From the NCBI GenBank assembly GCA_016188965.1, contig JACPGT010000002.1, positions 84,125-148,124 of the forward strand: a DNA stretch of 64,000 nucleotides, read 5' to 3'. A program made the position numbers and the translations under genes. Position 1 is the first letter of the stretch; each line of letters opens with the position of its first letter. Positions 35,539-43,803 of the stretch are shown here, in pieces. The notes under the pieces are model-generated. The model saw only the letters and a list, made by a program, of their open reading frames with translations, had not been told where the DNA came from and did not search any database. This DNA is from Candidatus Micrarchaeota archaeon (GTDB taxonomy: Archaea > Micrarchaeota > Micrarchaeia > Norongarragalinales > Norongarragalinaceae).

Positions 35539-36597
35539 TCATGAGATGTACTTCGTGGGAAGCAAAAAGGCGCCGTAGTCGCCACCGGTGCGCAGTTCAA
35601 AATGCAGGTGGGCTCCCCGCGAGCTTCCACGGTCCGGATCGCTTGACGCTCCCCCGGTCAGACCCACTGCCTGCGATGTACTGACACGCTGGCCTTTGAT
35701 GACGTCGCGGCGTTTGAGATGGCCGTACCGTGCGAAGACCGGTTTTCCGTTCATGCGGCAGTCGCACTGGATCACGACTTCGCCGCCGTAACCGCCGACG
35801 TCCTCCGCCCAACTGGTGTGCACGACTCCATCGCATGCCGCCGTTGCCACGGTTCCGGAAGCCACTCCGACATCGTCCCCTTTATGGTACCGGTAGCCTC
35901 CTGAACCCGTGGGCCGCAACTCCCCGGCGTGACTTCCCACCAAGGCCGGATAGTTGCCCGGCACCGGAGACTTGAAGTGGCAAGCGCCGGTCTGGGGCAG
36001 CAATGCAGCGGCCGGCGGAGCCGTGGCCTTGGTTTTGCAGATGTTTTCGACGTCGCGCTGCGCGATGCCGCCGCGGCGCAACTCAAAATAAAACGAAGGA
36101 AACGCGTTGGCTTCGGATTTTCCGGTTTTGCCGATGACTTCGCCTTTTTTGACATCGGTGCCTTCGACTGGGTTGGGGCCGGTCTGAAGATACCCATACG
36201 TCGTTTCGACCGTCGGGTTCGTCGCGTGGCGGATGGTGACGTACCGGCCGTAGCCGAGTAGGTCGGTTCTGCCGGAGGCGATGATTTTTCCGCTGGCCGC
36301 TGCTCGTACGTCTGTGCCTTCTGGTAGGCGGATTTCGACGCCTTGCCGCACCCGCTTCTCGCCATTGAGATTGACATATTCGCCGCCGTATGCGCCGGTG
36401 ACGGGTGCGTTGACGGGGCAGGTGAAGCTGGTGGTGGAGTAGGGGGTGCCGGTGGGTGTGGGTTTGATGGGTTCGAGGGTGATTCCGGAGAAGAGGCAGA
36501 CGTGGTTGCCCGGACACGACGGCAAGGTTAATGCCGATGCGGCGGCTGCCGAAAAAACCAAAGCGAATACAGCCGCCAGTACGGCGCGGTTTTCCAT
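35539..36597 (-). CDS. secreted murein hydrolase: degenerate M23/LytM-like module plus catalytic M23 peptidase
   Basis: The N-terminal ~190 aa are nearly collinear with 34320-35483. The C-terminal module has YHKGDDVGV (HxxxD) and GAHLHFELR (HxH). Confidence 0.8.
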   Translation of the reverse strand: MENRAVLAAVFALVFSAAAASALTLPSCPGNHVCLFSGITLEPIKPTPTGTPYSTTSFTCPVNAPVTGAYGGEYVNLNGEKRVRQGVEIRLPEGTDVRAAASGKIIASGRTDLLGYGRYVTIRHATNPTVETTYGYLQTGPNPVEGTDVKKGEVIGKTGKSEANAFPSFYFELRRGGIAQRDVENICKTKATAPPAAALLPQTGACHFKSPVPGNYPALVGSHAGELRPTGSGGYRYHKGDDVGVASGTVATAACDGVVHTSWAEDVGGYGGEVVIQCDCRMNGKPVFARYGHLKRRDVIKGQRVSTSQAVGLTGGASSDPDRGSSRGAHLHFELRTGGDYGAFLLPTKYIS

Positions 36598-36620
36598 GTT
36601 GGAAAAGAAGGTTCAGAGGC

Positions 36621-37352
36621 TTAAGTGCCTTTCGAAACCGGCATGGCGGAAACCGGCGAATGCCCAGCACGAGGTTTGCGCAAGAAACTCAAATACGCCG
36701 TGTGCAGTAACCCCGAATTCTCTGGACGGAATCCCCGCTCGCGCACGAGCATGGGCCGCACGATGACTTCGATCGTCTCGCCTTGCTCAAAACCCGCGGC
36801 AAGAGCCGCCTTGACGAACGTCTGCACTTGCTCGGCATGCGGCAAGTAACCCGCGCAGAAACCCCCGGCTTTCAGCGAAGAAAAGGCATGCGGCAACGCC
36901 AACGACGAGTCGCCCATGTCCAGCGTGACCAAATCGACGTCTTTTTCATCGAAGCCTTCGGCAATGACGTCCCGGAGGCTGACCCGCACGACGGAATCCA
37001 GGCCTGCTTTCTTGACGTTGGCTTCGGTTAGCTTTTGGAATTCCTCCCGCTTCTCGTACGAAAAGACCTTTCCTGACGGCGCCACGATGGAACCCAGATA
37101 GCAGGACAGGAACCCCGAGCCGGCGCCGCAATCGATCACCCGGTCGCCGGACTGCAAGCCGGTCAACGCCGAAATCATGGCGGCGTCTTTCAGCAAAATG
37201 ACTTGCGGCCCGCGGCGGAGCTTCTTCCAGATGGACGGGTTGAACATGATGGCGTTGATGTCCCGCCGGCTTTGTAAAGCTTGCCTTCCTGCATCAGCAA
37301 GGCCCAAGGAAAACGTTTTAGAACGCATGGGCTCAATAAAAAAGTCCGTCAT
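36621..37352 (-). CDS. trmI: tRNA (adenine-N1)-methyltransferase TrmI/Gcd14 family
   Basis: GPQVILLKDAAMISALTGLQSGDRVIDCGAGSGFLSCYL SAM motif I and an overall length of about 243 aa. ATG 37352 chosen because the longer ORF runs into the tRNA-fragment repeat. Confidence 0.75.
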   Translation of the reverse strand: MTDFFIEPMRSKTFSLGLADAGRQALQSRRDINAIMFNPSIWKKLRRGPQVILLKDAAMISALTGLQSGDRVIDCGAGSGFLSCYLGSIVAPSGKVFSYEKREEFQKLTEANVKKAGLDSVVRVSLRDVIAEGFDEKDVDLVTLDMGDSSLALPHAFSSLKAGGFCAGYLPHAEQVQTFVKAALAAGFEQGETIEVIVRPMLVRERGFRPENSGLLHTAYLSFLRKPRAGHSPVSAMPVSKGT

Positions 37353-37465
37353 TTGCGCCTTATCCTGACGTCGGCCGCCTTGCGTCCGCCGTTGCCCGAA
37401 TCGGGTCGTAAAGGTCATGCAGAACTTGCGTTTGCGCCCGGCAGGGCCAAACGCTTTGCTCAAAA

Positions 37466-37603
37466 GCCTCGGTAGCTCAGACGAGCCCATCTTTTCTTTG
37501 CGAAAGAAAAGCTAGGCGCCCCAAAAGAAACAACAAGAAAAGCCGGATAAAGGAAAAACGAAGCTTCAAAAACAGCGCACAACCAAAAAAGCAATGCAAA
37601 ATT
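37466..37603 (+). repeat. 15-nt duplicate of the tRNA-Thr(CGU) 5' end plus hairpin element Y2
   Basis: 37466-37480 is identical to 37604-37618 (GCCTCGGTAGCTCAG). It is followed by GAGCCCAT-CTTTTCTTT-GCG-AAAGAAAAG-CTAGGCGCCCC-AAAAGAAAC.., which shares 14-nt and 28-nt identical blocks with the tRNA-Leu(UAA) intron. Confidence 0.7.
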
Positions 37604-37675
37604 GCCTCGGTAGCTCAGCGGTAGAGCACCTGTTTCGTAAACAGGGGGTCACGAGTTCGATCCTCGTCCGGGGCT
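37604..37675 (+). tRNA. tRNA-Thr(CGU), intronless
   Basis: GCCTCGG-TA-GCTC-AGCGGTA-GAGC-A-CCTGT-TTCGTAA-ACAGG-GGGTC-ACGAG-TTCGATC-CTCGT-CCGGGGC-T cloverleaf. Confidence 0.9.
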
Positions 37676-37856
37676 TTCTATCTTTTTTTCCATCTTTTTC
37701 TTCGTCCGGTTTGTCTTCTTTCTCTTTGTCCGGGTTGAGTAGAACGAAGTTCTACCCAACGCTTTTCTTCTGTCCGCGAATCCGTCTTTTTGACGAATGC
37801 CCGAATCCATCCGAACGCTTAATTATGTGTTGACACATATTTGAGTGGGTGGTCGT

Positions 37857-38072
37857 ATGGCGAACATGACGTTGTCCGTTCCGGATGCATTGCAGAAGAA
37901 AATGAAAAAATATCCCGTGAAGTGGAGCGAAGTGGCACGAAAAGCGTTCGAGCGGCAGGTGTGGGTGTTGGAGCACATGGACGAGCTTTTCAGTGAGAGC
38001 ACCTTGACGGAAGAAGATGCGGAACGTATCGGACACAAGTTGAAAGCCGAGATACGGAAGCGGTTCAAATGA
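37857..38072 (+). CDS. putative antitoxin (VapB-like) upstream of a PIN toxin
   Basis: 71-aa ORF with ATG 37857. Its stop overlaps the PIN gene start (ATGA). N-terminus MANMTLSVPDALQKKMKK resembles RHH/CopG-type antitoxins. Confidence 0.55.
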   Translation: MANMTLSVPDALQKKMKKYPVKWSEVARKAFERQVWVLEHMDELFSESTLTEEDAERIGHKLKAEIRKRFK

Positions 38073-38479
38073 GGCTCGTCGTGGACACCAACCGGCTGAT
38101 GGCCGCTTTGATCAAGGATTCGGTGTCTCGACGGATTCTGTTTAGCCCCCGGTTTGAATTTCATACCGTGGCCCTCCTGCGGCAGGAGATTTCAAAGCAC
38201 GAAATTGAAATCGCGGAAAAATCCTCTTTGCCCCTTTCTCTTTTCTATCGCCTTACCGAGTCACTATTTCAGCGCACGCTCGTGGTCGATGAAATCCAAG
38301 TTCAGGCATGTATGCCGCCGGCAAAAGACGCCATGGATTCGATTGACCCGGACGACACGCCTTTCATCGCAGCCGCGTTGGCCATTGGTGCCGACGGCAT
38401 CTGGTCGGACGACCGGCATTTCGAACGCCAGAATCTTGTGCCGCTCTTCAAGACGCAGGATTTGTTCCGGCTTCTTTGA
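38069..38479 (+). CDS. PIN-domain ribonuclease (VapC-like toxin)
   Basis: MRLVVDTNRLMAAL.., DPDDTPFIAAALAIGADGIWSDDRHF acidic PIN residues. Confidence 0.7.
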   Translation: MRLVVDTNRLMAALIKDSVSRRILFSPRFEFHTVALLRQEISKHEIEIAEKSSLPLSLFYRLTESLFQRTLVVDEIQVQACMPPAKDAMDSIDPDDTPFIAAALAIGADGIWSDDRHFERQNLVPLFKTQDLFRLL

Positions 38480-38544
38480 AAGAGGCTTTCACCGGCCAGC
38501 TGCCCTCTCTTCTCTTTTATTCCCCCATCCGCCTTGTCGTTTCC

Positions 38545-39192
38545 ATGCGCCTGACCCTGTTGCCGCCATCCGAGCGTCCCCGTGAACGCCTCTTGAGCAA
38601 AGGCGCGGAGGGGCTCTCCGACGCCGAACTTTTGGCCCTTATCTTGCGCACCGGTTCCAACGGAAAAAATGCGGTCGAACTGGCCCAAGACCTCCTCTTG
38701 ACCCACGGCGGTCTGCAACGGATCTTCGGCCTTTCGTTCAGCCAACTCTGCCGCACCAAAGGCATCGGAATTTCCAAAGCCGTGCAATTCAAAGCCTGCC
38801 TTGAATTGGCTAAACGGATGCTGAATGACGAAAAACCGGCCGCGAGCTTGCAAGCCGCCCTCGAATCCATCCAAGCCGAAACGGCTTTTGCTGAAAAAGA
38901 GCTACTCTTCGCTATTTACCTGGACGCTCGCGGCCGAGTACTCAAAACTGAACGCATCGCCACCGGAACGGTCAACGCCTCGGCTTTCCACCCCCGTGAA
39001 GTCTTCAAAACCGCATTCGCCGAAAACGCGGCCGCCATCGCGCTGGCGCACAACCATCCGTCGGGCAATGCCGAGGCAAGCGAGGCAGATGTGCGGATGA
39101 CGCAGGCCTTCGCCAAGCTATGCTTACGGCTGGGGTTGATTTTTTCCGGGCACTTCGTCCTTGTTTCGGACCGGGTTGGAAGAATAGTTTGA
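38545..39192 (+). CDS. radC: RadC-like JAB/MPN domain protein (UPF0758)
   Basis: RPRERLLSKGAEGLSDAELLALILRTGSNGKNAVELA HhH region and JAMM motif ALAHNHPSGNAEASEADV. Confidence 0.85.
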   Translation: MRLTLLPPSERPRERLLSKGAEGLSDAELLALILRTGSNGKNAVELAQDLLLTHGGLQRIFGLSFSQLCRTKGIGISKAVQFKACLELAKRMLNDEKPAASLQAALESIQAETAFAEKELLFAIYLDARGRVLKTERIATGTVNASAFHPREVFKTAFAENAAAIALAHNHPSGNAEASEADVRMTQAFAKLCLRLGLIFSGHFVLVSDRVGRIV

Positions 39193-39199
39193 TTTTCGG

Positions 39200-39880
39200 C
39201 TAAACTCGTTGTGCTTCGGGCATCCGGTTGCCGACCCTCTCGCGGGCTTTGATTAGGAATATCATGCTTTTACCCTGGCCTACTGGAAAAACGGTTAGGT
39301 GATCGACCTTCGCATAATCGTAAAGTCTCGGGTAATCGTGTTGCCAGTCCCAACGCAGGGGTGTTTGGCCCGTAATGTAGTTTTTCACTCGACCTGCCAG
39401 CGCTCGTGACGATTCAGGTACGGGTAGCAAAGGGTCGATGTGAATCAGATATTTTTTTGCCAGGCGTTGGGCCTTATGCAACACGATTTGGATTTGACCG
39501 GGCGGAAAATGCAGGAATACTTCCGAAACCAATACGATGTCGCTTGGCTCGAACGGTTCTGTCCGAAAGTCCGCCGTACGTGTTTGAATGCGGTTTCCGT
39601 ATTTTTCCTTTGTTGCCTTGATTTGTTCCGGACTGATGTCGACCGCCTGGTATCGCGCGGCAGTTTCTAATTTTTTCAGCATCATTCCCGTCATTCGGCC
39701 GAATCCGCAGCCGATTTCCAAAACGGATTCGACTTCCGAGAAATCAATCCGGTCTAACATTTGGCGGAATCGGAATTCCTGTTCACAGAAGAAGCGCCGA
39801 AGTTCAGGCGTGTGCCTTTCAAATTCCTCCGGGTAGTGCTTTGACCGGTTCTTCCAATAAGCGGCTTGATCAAATACCAT
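39200..39880 (-). CDS. class I SAM-dependent methyltransferase
   Basis: Motif I VLEIGCGFGRMTG, post-I AVDISPEQI. ATG 39880. Confidence 0.7.
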   Translation of the reverse strand: MVFDQAAYWKNRSKHYPEEFERHTPELRRFFCEQEFRFRQMLDRIDFSEVESVLEIGCGFGRMTGMMLKKLETAARYQAVDISPEQIKATKEKYGNRIQTRTADFRTEPFEPSDIVLVSEVFLHFPPGQIQIVLHKAQRLAKKYLIHIDPLLPVPESSRALAGRVKNYITGQTPLRWDWQHDYPRLYDYAKVDHLTVFPVGQGKSMIFLIKARERVGNRMPEAQRV

Positions 39881-39900
39881 GTCTTTTTTCCTCGTTTTTT

Positions 39901-40551
39901 TCACATCATTCGGCGGTATATGTAGTCTAACGCGTCGCATACGTGCCCCACTTCGTTGGGGTGTGGTATCTTCCTCTCGACGTGCAGTCCCATCCCTTCG
40001 GCTTGGATGGCGGATAACGACTTGACTCCTAGCAACTCCCACGGAAGGTCAACTAAATTGCGATGCGATTCCAATTCTTGAAAGAAACGTTCCTGCGGCA
40101 TTCTTGAAATAGTTTGAATCGGCGTATACCGTGCATTTTCTTCCCACCATACGTCGTTCTTTACCGGGTTCGGAACGTACAGCGCGTTAGGGCACCACTT
40201 GGCCAAATCCGGCGTGGAAACTAAATGCGGCTTCTTGTTGCCCGTCACGCAGCAACCACGGTACCGCACGTCTGAGCCATGGTGGTGGTAGATGATTTGC
40301 TTGCCTCGCATCAGGGGCCACAGATTGGAATCAAGGTAAAACGGCCACATGCTGCACGAGTGCAGGTGGAATATGTCAAATGCTTGGTATGGAAGCAGAA
40401 GCCGCTGGATAAGGGAGACCTGTCCGTCGTTCTTGAACCCGTACGGGTGGCGGTGCAAGTCGAAGACTAGTGCGTCATGGCCGCGCCTGCGTTGCTCGCG
40501 GGCCAACGTGGCGGGGACGTTGGCGACGTTGTTCAAGTGCAGTATCCTCAT
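39901..40551 (-). CDS. hypothetical protein (weak glycosyltransferase-like N-terminus)
   Basis: 216-aa ORF from ATG 40551. MRILHLNNVANVP..HLHSC pattern is reminiscent of GT-B N-domains, but the assignment is not secure. Confidence 0.35.
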   Translation of the reverse strand: MRILHLNNVANVPATLAREQRRRGHDALVFDLHRHPYGFKNDGQVSLIQRLLLPYQAFDIFHLHSCSMWPFYLDSNLWPLMRGKQIIYHHHGSDVRYRGCCVTGNKKPHLVSTPDLAKWCPNALYVPNPVKNDVWWEENARYTPIQTISRMPQERFFQELESHRNLVDLPWELLGVKSLSAIQAEGMGLHVERKIPHPNEVGHVCDALDYIYRRMM

Positions 40552-40661
40552 CCCTATGCCTTTCCGCAAGACGACTACCCGGGGCAACCATTAACAAAAC
40601 ATTAACAAATGATGAGTAAAACAAGACAATTGCATTATTAAATGCTTTCGACGTTGCGTTC

Positions 40662-40928
40662 ATGGACTTTACCGACGTCAGCTTCGTTCTTAAGGGCCGC
40701 AAGCGCAAAGACCTGTTGCTGGCGCTGGACCGTCCGCGGACCCCGACGCAGATTTCCAAGGTCATCGACGTCAGCGTGACGAACCTCTGGTCCAAACTCA
40801 AGGCGTTGGAACGCCAAGGCTTGGTCGAATGCCTGACGCCGGAAGAGCAGAAGGGCCGGATCTACGCCTTGACGAAAAAAGGCGACTCCGTCCGTAAAAA
40901 AGTACAACAGATGGACGTCACTACCTGA
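40662..40928 (+). CDS. winged-helix transcriptional regulator (ArsR/MarR-like)
   Basis: RKDLLLALDRPRTPTQISKVIDVSVTNLWSKLKALERQGLVE. Confidence 0.65.
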   Translation: MDFTDVSFVLKGRKRKDLLLALDRPRTPTQISKVIDVSVTNLWSKLKALERQGLVECLTPEEQKGRIYALTKKGDSVRKKVQQMDVTT

Positions 40929-40973
40929 TGTCTTGGTACGTTTCCATATATTCTTCGATTCACTCATTCTGCC

Positions 40974-41321
40974 ATGCGCATCTTCTTCGACGGCTCCGGG
41001 TGGAACGGCAGGTCCAGCGGCTATGCCGTCGTATTCTCTGATTCACACAAGGCGCCCATCGTCGTCCGGTTGCGCGAGGAAAAGACGAACAACGAGATGG
41101 AGTACGCCGGCCTCTTGGAGGCCTTGACGCACGCCGAAGCCGGGGACGAACTGTTCACCGACAGCCAGCTCTTGGTGGGCCAGGTGTTGGGCGGATGGAA
41201 AGTGAATGCGGCGCATCTGAAGCCGCTGGTGGAAAAAGCCAAGGCCCTGGTCTTGGCCAAGCGCGTGACGCTGGTGTGGGTGCCGCGCGAGCAGAACGCG
41301 GCGGGGAAGTTCTTCGAGTGA
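40974..41321 (+). CDS. RNase H (type 1)-like small protein
   Basis: IFFDGSG..TNNEMEYAGLLEAL..LFTDSQLLVGQV..WVPREQNAAG follows the RNase HI D-E-D order. The last carboxylate is not evident. Confidence 0.55.
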   Translation: MRIFFDGSGWNGRSSGYAVVFSDSHKAPIVVRLREEKTNNEMEYAGLLEALTHAEAGDELFTDSQLLVGQVLGGWKVNAAHLKPLVEKAKALVLAKRVTLVWVPREQNAAGKFFE

Positions 41322-41429
41322 ATGCGGGCGGGCTTTAGGCTTTCGTTTTTTTTCTCCGCGTTGCCGTTGCTTTGGTTCGTTTCCCGTCGTAAGAAGGCTT
41401 AAATTGCCTGTCTTCGTCCTGACTCCATC

Positions 41430-41801
41430 ATGTCGGAATGGCTGGATTTCTTGGGTCCGCTGGTGACGAACATCGGCGGAGTCGTCGACGTCTTCGGCAT
41501 CATCGTCATCCTGGCGGCGGCCATCGAGGCGGCGTGGAAGCTGGTGCGCCTGGAAATGCGTTTGGACAAGTCGGCGCGATTGCCGCAGATTGACGAGATC
41601 AAGGAAGCCTTCGTCTACCGCATGATCTTCGGCCTCGACTTTCTCATCGCCGGTGACATCCTCAAAAGCGTCTTTGCCCCCACCATGGACAAGCTCATCC
41701 TCATCGGCGGCATCGTCGTGGTCCGGGGCATCCTCAGCTTCTCGCTCATCAACGAGCTGAAGTCCGATTCGCGGCGCATCGAGCGTGCCGACCAGGCGTA
41801 A
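41430..41801 (+). CDS. DUF1622-like membrane protein
   Basis: IFGLDFLIAGDILKSV..GGIVVVRGILSFSL. Confidence 0.55.
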   Translation: MSEWLDFLGPLVTNIGGVVDVFGIIVILAAAIEAAWKLVRLEMRLDKSARLPQIDEIKEAFVYRMIFGLDFLIAGDILKSVFAPTMDKLILIGGIVVVRGILSFSLINELKSDSRRIERADQA

Positions 41802-41899
41802 GCTTAAAGAACCCGCTTGGACAACTTTCCCAATGCAACCGTAGTTACTTTTCAGTCCGCAGCGCCGGCCTGGGTTTATTCAGAAGGTGAATCGTGTTT

Positions 41900-42064
41900 A
41901 TGGGCAAGTTTCCCGTCGCCGACAAGGCGTTTTTGAGCGTTATCATTTGCAAGAAATGCAAGGCCCGCAACCCCAAAGGTGCCGTGTCCTGCCGTAAGTG
42001 CCACTATCCGAGCCTGCGGCCTAAGAAAGTCAAGCGCAAGGACGCCAAAGGCGGCGCCAAGTAA
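41900..42064 (+). CDS. rpl40e: 50S ribosomal protein L40e (eL40)
   Basis: Hand-translated 54-aa ORF missed by the track: MGKFPVADKAFLSVIICKKCKARNPKGAVSCRKCHYPSLRPKKVKRKDAKGGAK. Confidence 0.85.
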   Translation: MGKFPVADKAFLSVIICKKCKARNPKGAVSCRKCHYPSLRPKKVKRKDAKGGAK

Positions 42065-42223
42065 TCGGGCCGTTTTTTCGGCTTTCTTTTTCCAACGCCC
42101 AGCCTCCGGCTTTTTTTTTCTTTCCGTCGGCCGCCGGGGTTTGGTTTTTCCCACTTCCTTTTTGTCGTCTTTCATGGCGAAGGCTTTTTCTTTGACGTTT
42201 CCGTGATGTAGCGCGTTGTCTTC

Positions 42224-42841
42224 ATGAGAATCCTCCTTGTCCGCCACGCCCAAACGATTGAGAATGCCGAACACCGGTTCCAAGGCCACATCCACGGCCG
42301 ACTCTCCGCTTTGGGCAGACGTCAGACCAAGGCTCTGGGCAAGGCGTTGGCCGGCGAGAAGATCGATTACTTCTTCGGAAGCCCGCTGGATCGCGCCCGC
42401 GACACGCTGGAAGCCGTCCGCAAACACCATCCCCATTTGCAGGCCGTGTTCATCGACGACTTGAAGGAACGTGGCAAAGGCGTGTGGGAAGGCTGGCGCA
42501 TCCAGGACGCTTACGCGAAAGACCCCCGGTTGCGTGACGACTTCCGAAAGTCCAGTTTCCGGCCCAAAGGCGGCGAAAGTCTTTTGGACGTGCGCAAGCG
42601 CATCCGGCGCTTCCTGAAACTGATCAAACCCCTGGACGACGAATCCACCGTTTTCATTGCAGGCCACGGTATCCTCAACGGCGAACTGCTCCGGTTGTTG
42701 CTCAAGACGCACGGCCACTTCAGCCAGGCCAACGCCTGCATCAACGAGCTGTGGTGGGAAAAATCCGGCACGTACGTCGTCCGCCTCAACGACGTCGCCC
42801 ACCTTTCGGCGCTCAAAACAAAGGCGTCGCGCGGGTATTGA
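42224..42841 (+). CDS. histidine phosphatase family protein (phosphoglycerate mutase-like)
   Basis: MRILLVRHAQTIEN..RFQG RHG motif, and later HG in IAGHGIL. Confidence 0.8.
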   Translation: MRILLVRHAQTIENAEHRFQGHIHGRLSALGRRQTKALGKALAGEKIDYFFGSPLDRARDTLEAVRKHHPHLQAVFIDDLKERGKGVWEGWRIQDAYAKDPRLRDDFRKSSFRPKGGESLLDVRKRIRRFLKLIKPLDDESTVFIAGHGILNGELLRLLLKTHGHFSQANACINELWWEKSGTYVVRLNDVAHLSALKTKASRGY

Positions 42842-42942
42842 ATCTTCGTCCATCCGCGAATTCGGCGAGCGTAAATACCTCTTTTTCCACCATATCCCTC
42901 GCGGGAAAAAAGACCATCCGGATTTATTGGAGGGGTTTGTAC

Positions 42943-43062
42943 ATGGCGAAAAAAACGCGAGGAACGCGCATGGCCGCCGCCATCCGCCGCGCGGCGAAGA
43001 AAAAAGGCGGCAAAGGACGCGTCCGCAGCCGCGCCATCGGAAAACGCATCATGAAGACCTGA
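42943..43062 (+). CDS. candidate small basic protein
   Basis: 39-aa ORF MAKKTRGTRMAAAIRRAAKKKGGKGRVRSRAIGKRIMKT, preceded by GGAGGGG 6 nt upstream. Confidence 0.3.
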   Translation: MAKKTRGTRMAAAIRRAAKKKGGKGRVRSRAIGKRIMKT

Positions 43063-43117
43063 ACCGCGTTCCCTGACTGCATCGGGAACCGGATTCTTTT
43101 TCATTTTCCTTTCTCTT

Positions 43118-43519
43118 TCATTCCGTTTTAATGACTCGTGTATCCGCGATTCCTTTGAAGTCGGAATCCCTCGTCACCAACGTCGCGTTGAGTTTTCGTG
43201 CCGTGGCCAGAGACAGCGCGTCAACGGTGGAAAACTGTGGGTGGCGTAACTTAAGCTGGAGCGCATGGAACACGATTCCCTCGTCCAATCCAATTAGCTT
43301 GCTGCGGTTCTTGATTTGGCCGCCGACGTATTCCACTTCTTTGGGTTTTCGTTGCTGGTAGTATCGCAGCACTTCGTACAGCGTGAGCAGGGAGCAGTAC
43401 CGCTCCGCGTTATTTTCAAGGATCCTTTCCGCTTGGCTCGCGCCGGGATGGTCGTCGAAGAGTGCGATCCATACTCCGCTGTCAATGAAAATCCTTTTCG
43501 AATCGCCCATGGAATTCAT
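43118..43519 (-). CDS. vapC: PIN-domain ribonuclease (VapC toxin)
   Basis: IFIDSGVWIALFDD.., LVTRDSDF. Overlaps the upstream AbrB-type gene. Confidence 0.75.
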   Translation of the reverse strand: MNSMGDSKRIFIDSGVWIALFDDHPGASQAERILENNAERYCSLLTLYEVLRYYQQRKPKEVEYVGGQIKNRSKLIGLDEGIVFHALQLKLRHPQFSTVDALSLATARKLNATLVTRDSDFKGIADTRVIKTE

Positions 43520-43703
43520 TCCAGTCCTGCTCGGTTGCGCCGGTCTTGAATGCGCCGCGCAGCTTCTTCAGCGGCAGCACGGGTACCAGTACGAAGCGCG
43601 CCGGCTCGTATTCGATGATTTCGAATTTGGTGGCTCCCGTCTTTTCCCGGACTTCCTTTGGGATTACGCACCTACCTTTTTCATCCAGTTCCACGTACGC
43701 CAT
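43482..43703 (-). CDS. vapB: AbrB/SpoVT-type antitoxin (VapB)
   Basis: VELDEKGRCVIPKEVREKTG swapped-hairpin motif, 73 aa, overlaps the PIN gene. Confidence 0.75.
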   Translation of the reverse strand: MAYVELDEKGRCVIPKEVREKTGATKFEIIEYEPARFVLVPVLPLKKLRGAFKTGATEQDWNEFHGRFEKDFH

Positions 43704-43773
43704 ATTTTCCCACTTATTCCTATTTAGTGGGAATCGTATTTATGGGTTCGGATTCAAAAACCTCAACCTGACC

Positions 43774-43780
43774 TTTTAAA
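43774..43780 (+). promoter_or_regulatory. TATA-like box for tRNA-Leu(UAA)
   Basis: TTTTAAA lies 24-30 nt upstream of tRNA position 1. Confidence 0.4.
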
Positions 43781-43803
43781 CTCCCCGAGGCATCAATTCC
43801 TGC

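Noticed and set aside
40974-41321. RNase H-like protein apparently missing the final catalytic Asp (ends ..REQNAAGKFFE)
   Set aside because: The alignment of a 115-aa divergent protein by eye is too uncertain to claim catalytic inactivation.
41876-42853. 325-aa minus-strand ORF spanning the L40e and histidine phosphatase region
   Set aside because: It is antisense to two genes with clear family motifs (the L40e zinc ribbon and the RHG phosphatase motif), and the ORF itself has no recognisable features.
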